DNA of 64,000 bases, taken from NCBI GenBank assembly GCA_963743215.1, contig CAVUOY010000008.1:256275-320274 (forward strand). Direction: 5' to 3'. Positions 63,625-64,000 of this stretch are shown here, piece by piece. Made by a program: the position numbers and the translations under genes. The stretch comes from an uncultured Chloroflexia bacterium (GTDB lineage: Bacteria; Chloroflexota; Anaerolineae; Anaerolineales; UBA4823). The notes under the pieces are model-generated. The model was given only the letters and a program-made list of their open reading frames with translations. It was not told where the DNA came from and searched no databases. Within the stretch, counting starts at the first letter, position 1. Each line of letters opens with the position of its first letter.

Positions 63625-64000
63625 GTGGTAATTCGCCGGTAAATCTGGTTGATGCGCATTGTCATCTCAACTTTGATGAATTTGACACAGATCGTAGCCA
63701 GGTAGTCGAAAGAGCCCGGGAAAATGGAGTAAACCGGATAATCATCCCGGGGATTGATGTTGAGACGAGTAAAACAGCGCTGAAATACGCCAACGAATTT
63801 CCACAAGTATTTGCGGCGGTTGGAGTGCATCCCAATAGCGGTTTAGGCTGGACGCAAGACTCACTAACAGAGATTAGACAACTTGCGGCAGATGGAAAAG
63901 TGGTTGCAATTGGAGAGATCGGATTGGATCACTATCGGGATCATACTCCGGTGGAATTGCAACGGATCATCTTTATTCAACAGTTGGAACTAGCTGCTGA
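63621..64000 (+). CDS. tatD: TatD-family metal-dependent hydrolase (N-terminal part; continues beyond the window)
   Basis: Own translation from GTG 63621 (GTGA overlap with the upstream stop): [50 protein letters not shown]...VGVHPN...[11 protein letters not shown]. Not in the ORF track because there is no stop in the window. Confidence 0.8.
   Translation, partial: MSGNSPVNLVDAHCHLNFDEFDTDRSQVVERARENGVNRIIIPGIDVETSKTALKYANEFPQVFAAVGVHPNSGLGWTQDSLTEIRQLAADGKVVAIGEIGLDHYRDHTPVELQRIIFIQQLELAA

Overview
Densely coding chromosomal window with about 55 protein genes and one tRNA-Thr. I could not recognise any rRNA, CRISPR array, transposase, integrase or phage gene. The gene content looks like a saccharolytic and peptidolytic anaerobe. 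My impression is Chloroflexota, Anaerolineae-like, but this is unverifiable without a database search. Gene blocks in order: (i) minus-strand glycosidase string GH20 - GH13 - corrinoid protein - GH38 - rluB - ECF sigma, with a divergent GH5-like gene; (ii) scpB and a G5/beta-propeller lipoprotein; (iii) plus-strand array of UDP-xylose synthase, GtrA, small beta-rich protein, ChlI-like AAA+, TPR, UroD-family and rsmD; (iv) dinG, M20 dipeptidase, cyclophilin, udk, tRNA-Thr and a GT4; (v) peptide block of creatininase-like, PH/SHOCT, M20D amidohydrolase and a 5-gene Opp/Dpp ABC transporter; (vi) a 14-kb co-directional array of Gfo/Idh/MocA, cupin, galE, glpK, glpA-glpB, glpC, 2 MFS, GH4, PfkB kinase and a GNAT-like gene; (vii) an MrfA/YprA-like helicase carrying an HNH insert; (viii) a class V aminotransferase, MetH-activation-like protein and RACo-like corrinoid activator operon; (ix) YfcH-like, metallophosphoesterase, ParB/Srx-USP fusion, two paralogous membrane proteins, Nudix, class II FBA, phosphohexomutase and tatD. 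Main caveat: at least 19 single-nucleotide frame disruptions hit 15 otherwise well-conserved genes, including fba, galE and oppD. Sixteen of them behave as +1 insertions, often next to an identical base, which fits assembly indel error better than real gene decay. I found no clear-cut new multi-gene system such as a defence island. The best leads are the glycoside-plus-glycerol catabolic array, the apparent GlpA-GlpB read-through, the helicase-HNH-MZB architecture, the orphan ChlI-like operon, the scattered corrinoid toolkit, and five apparently leaderless operon-first genes.
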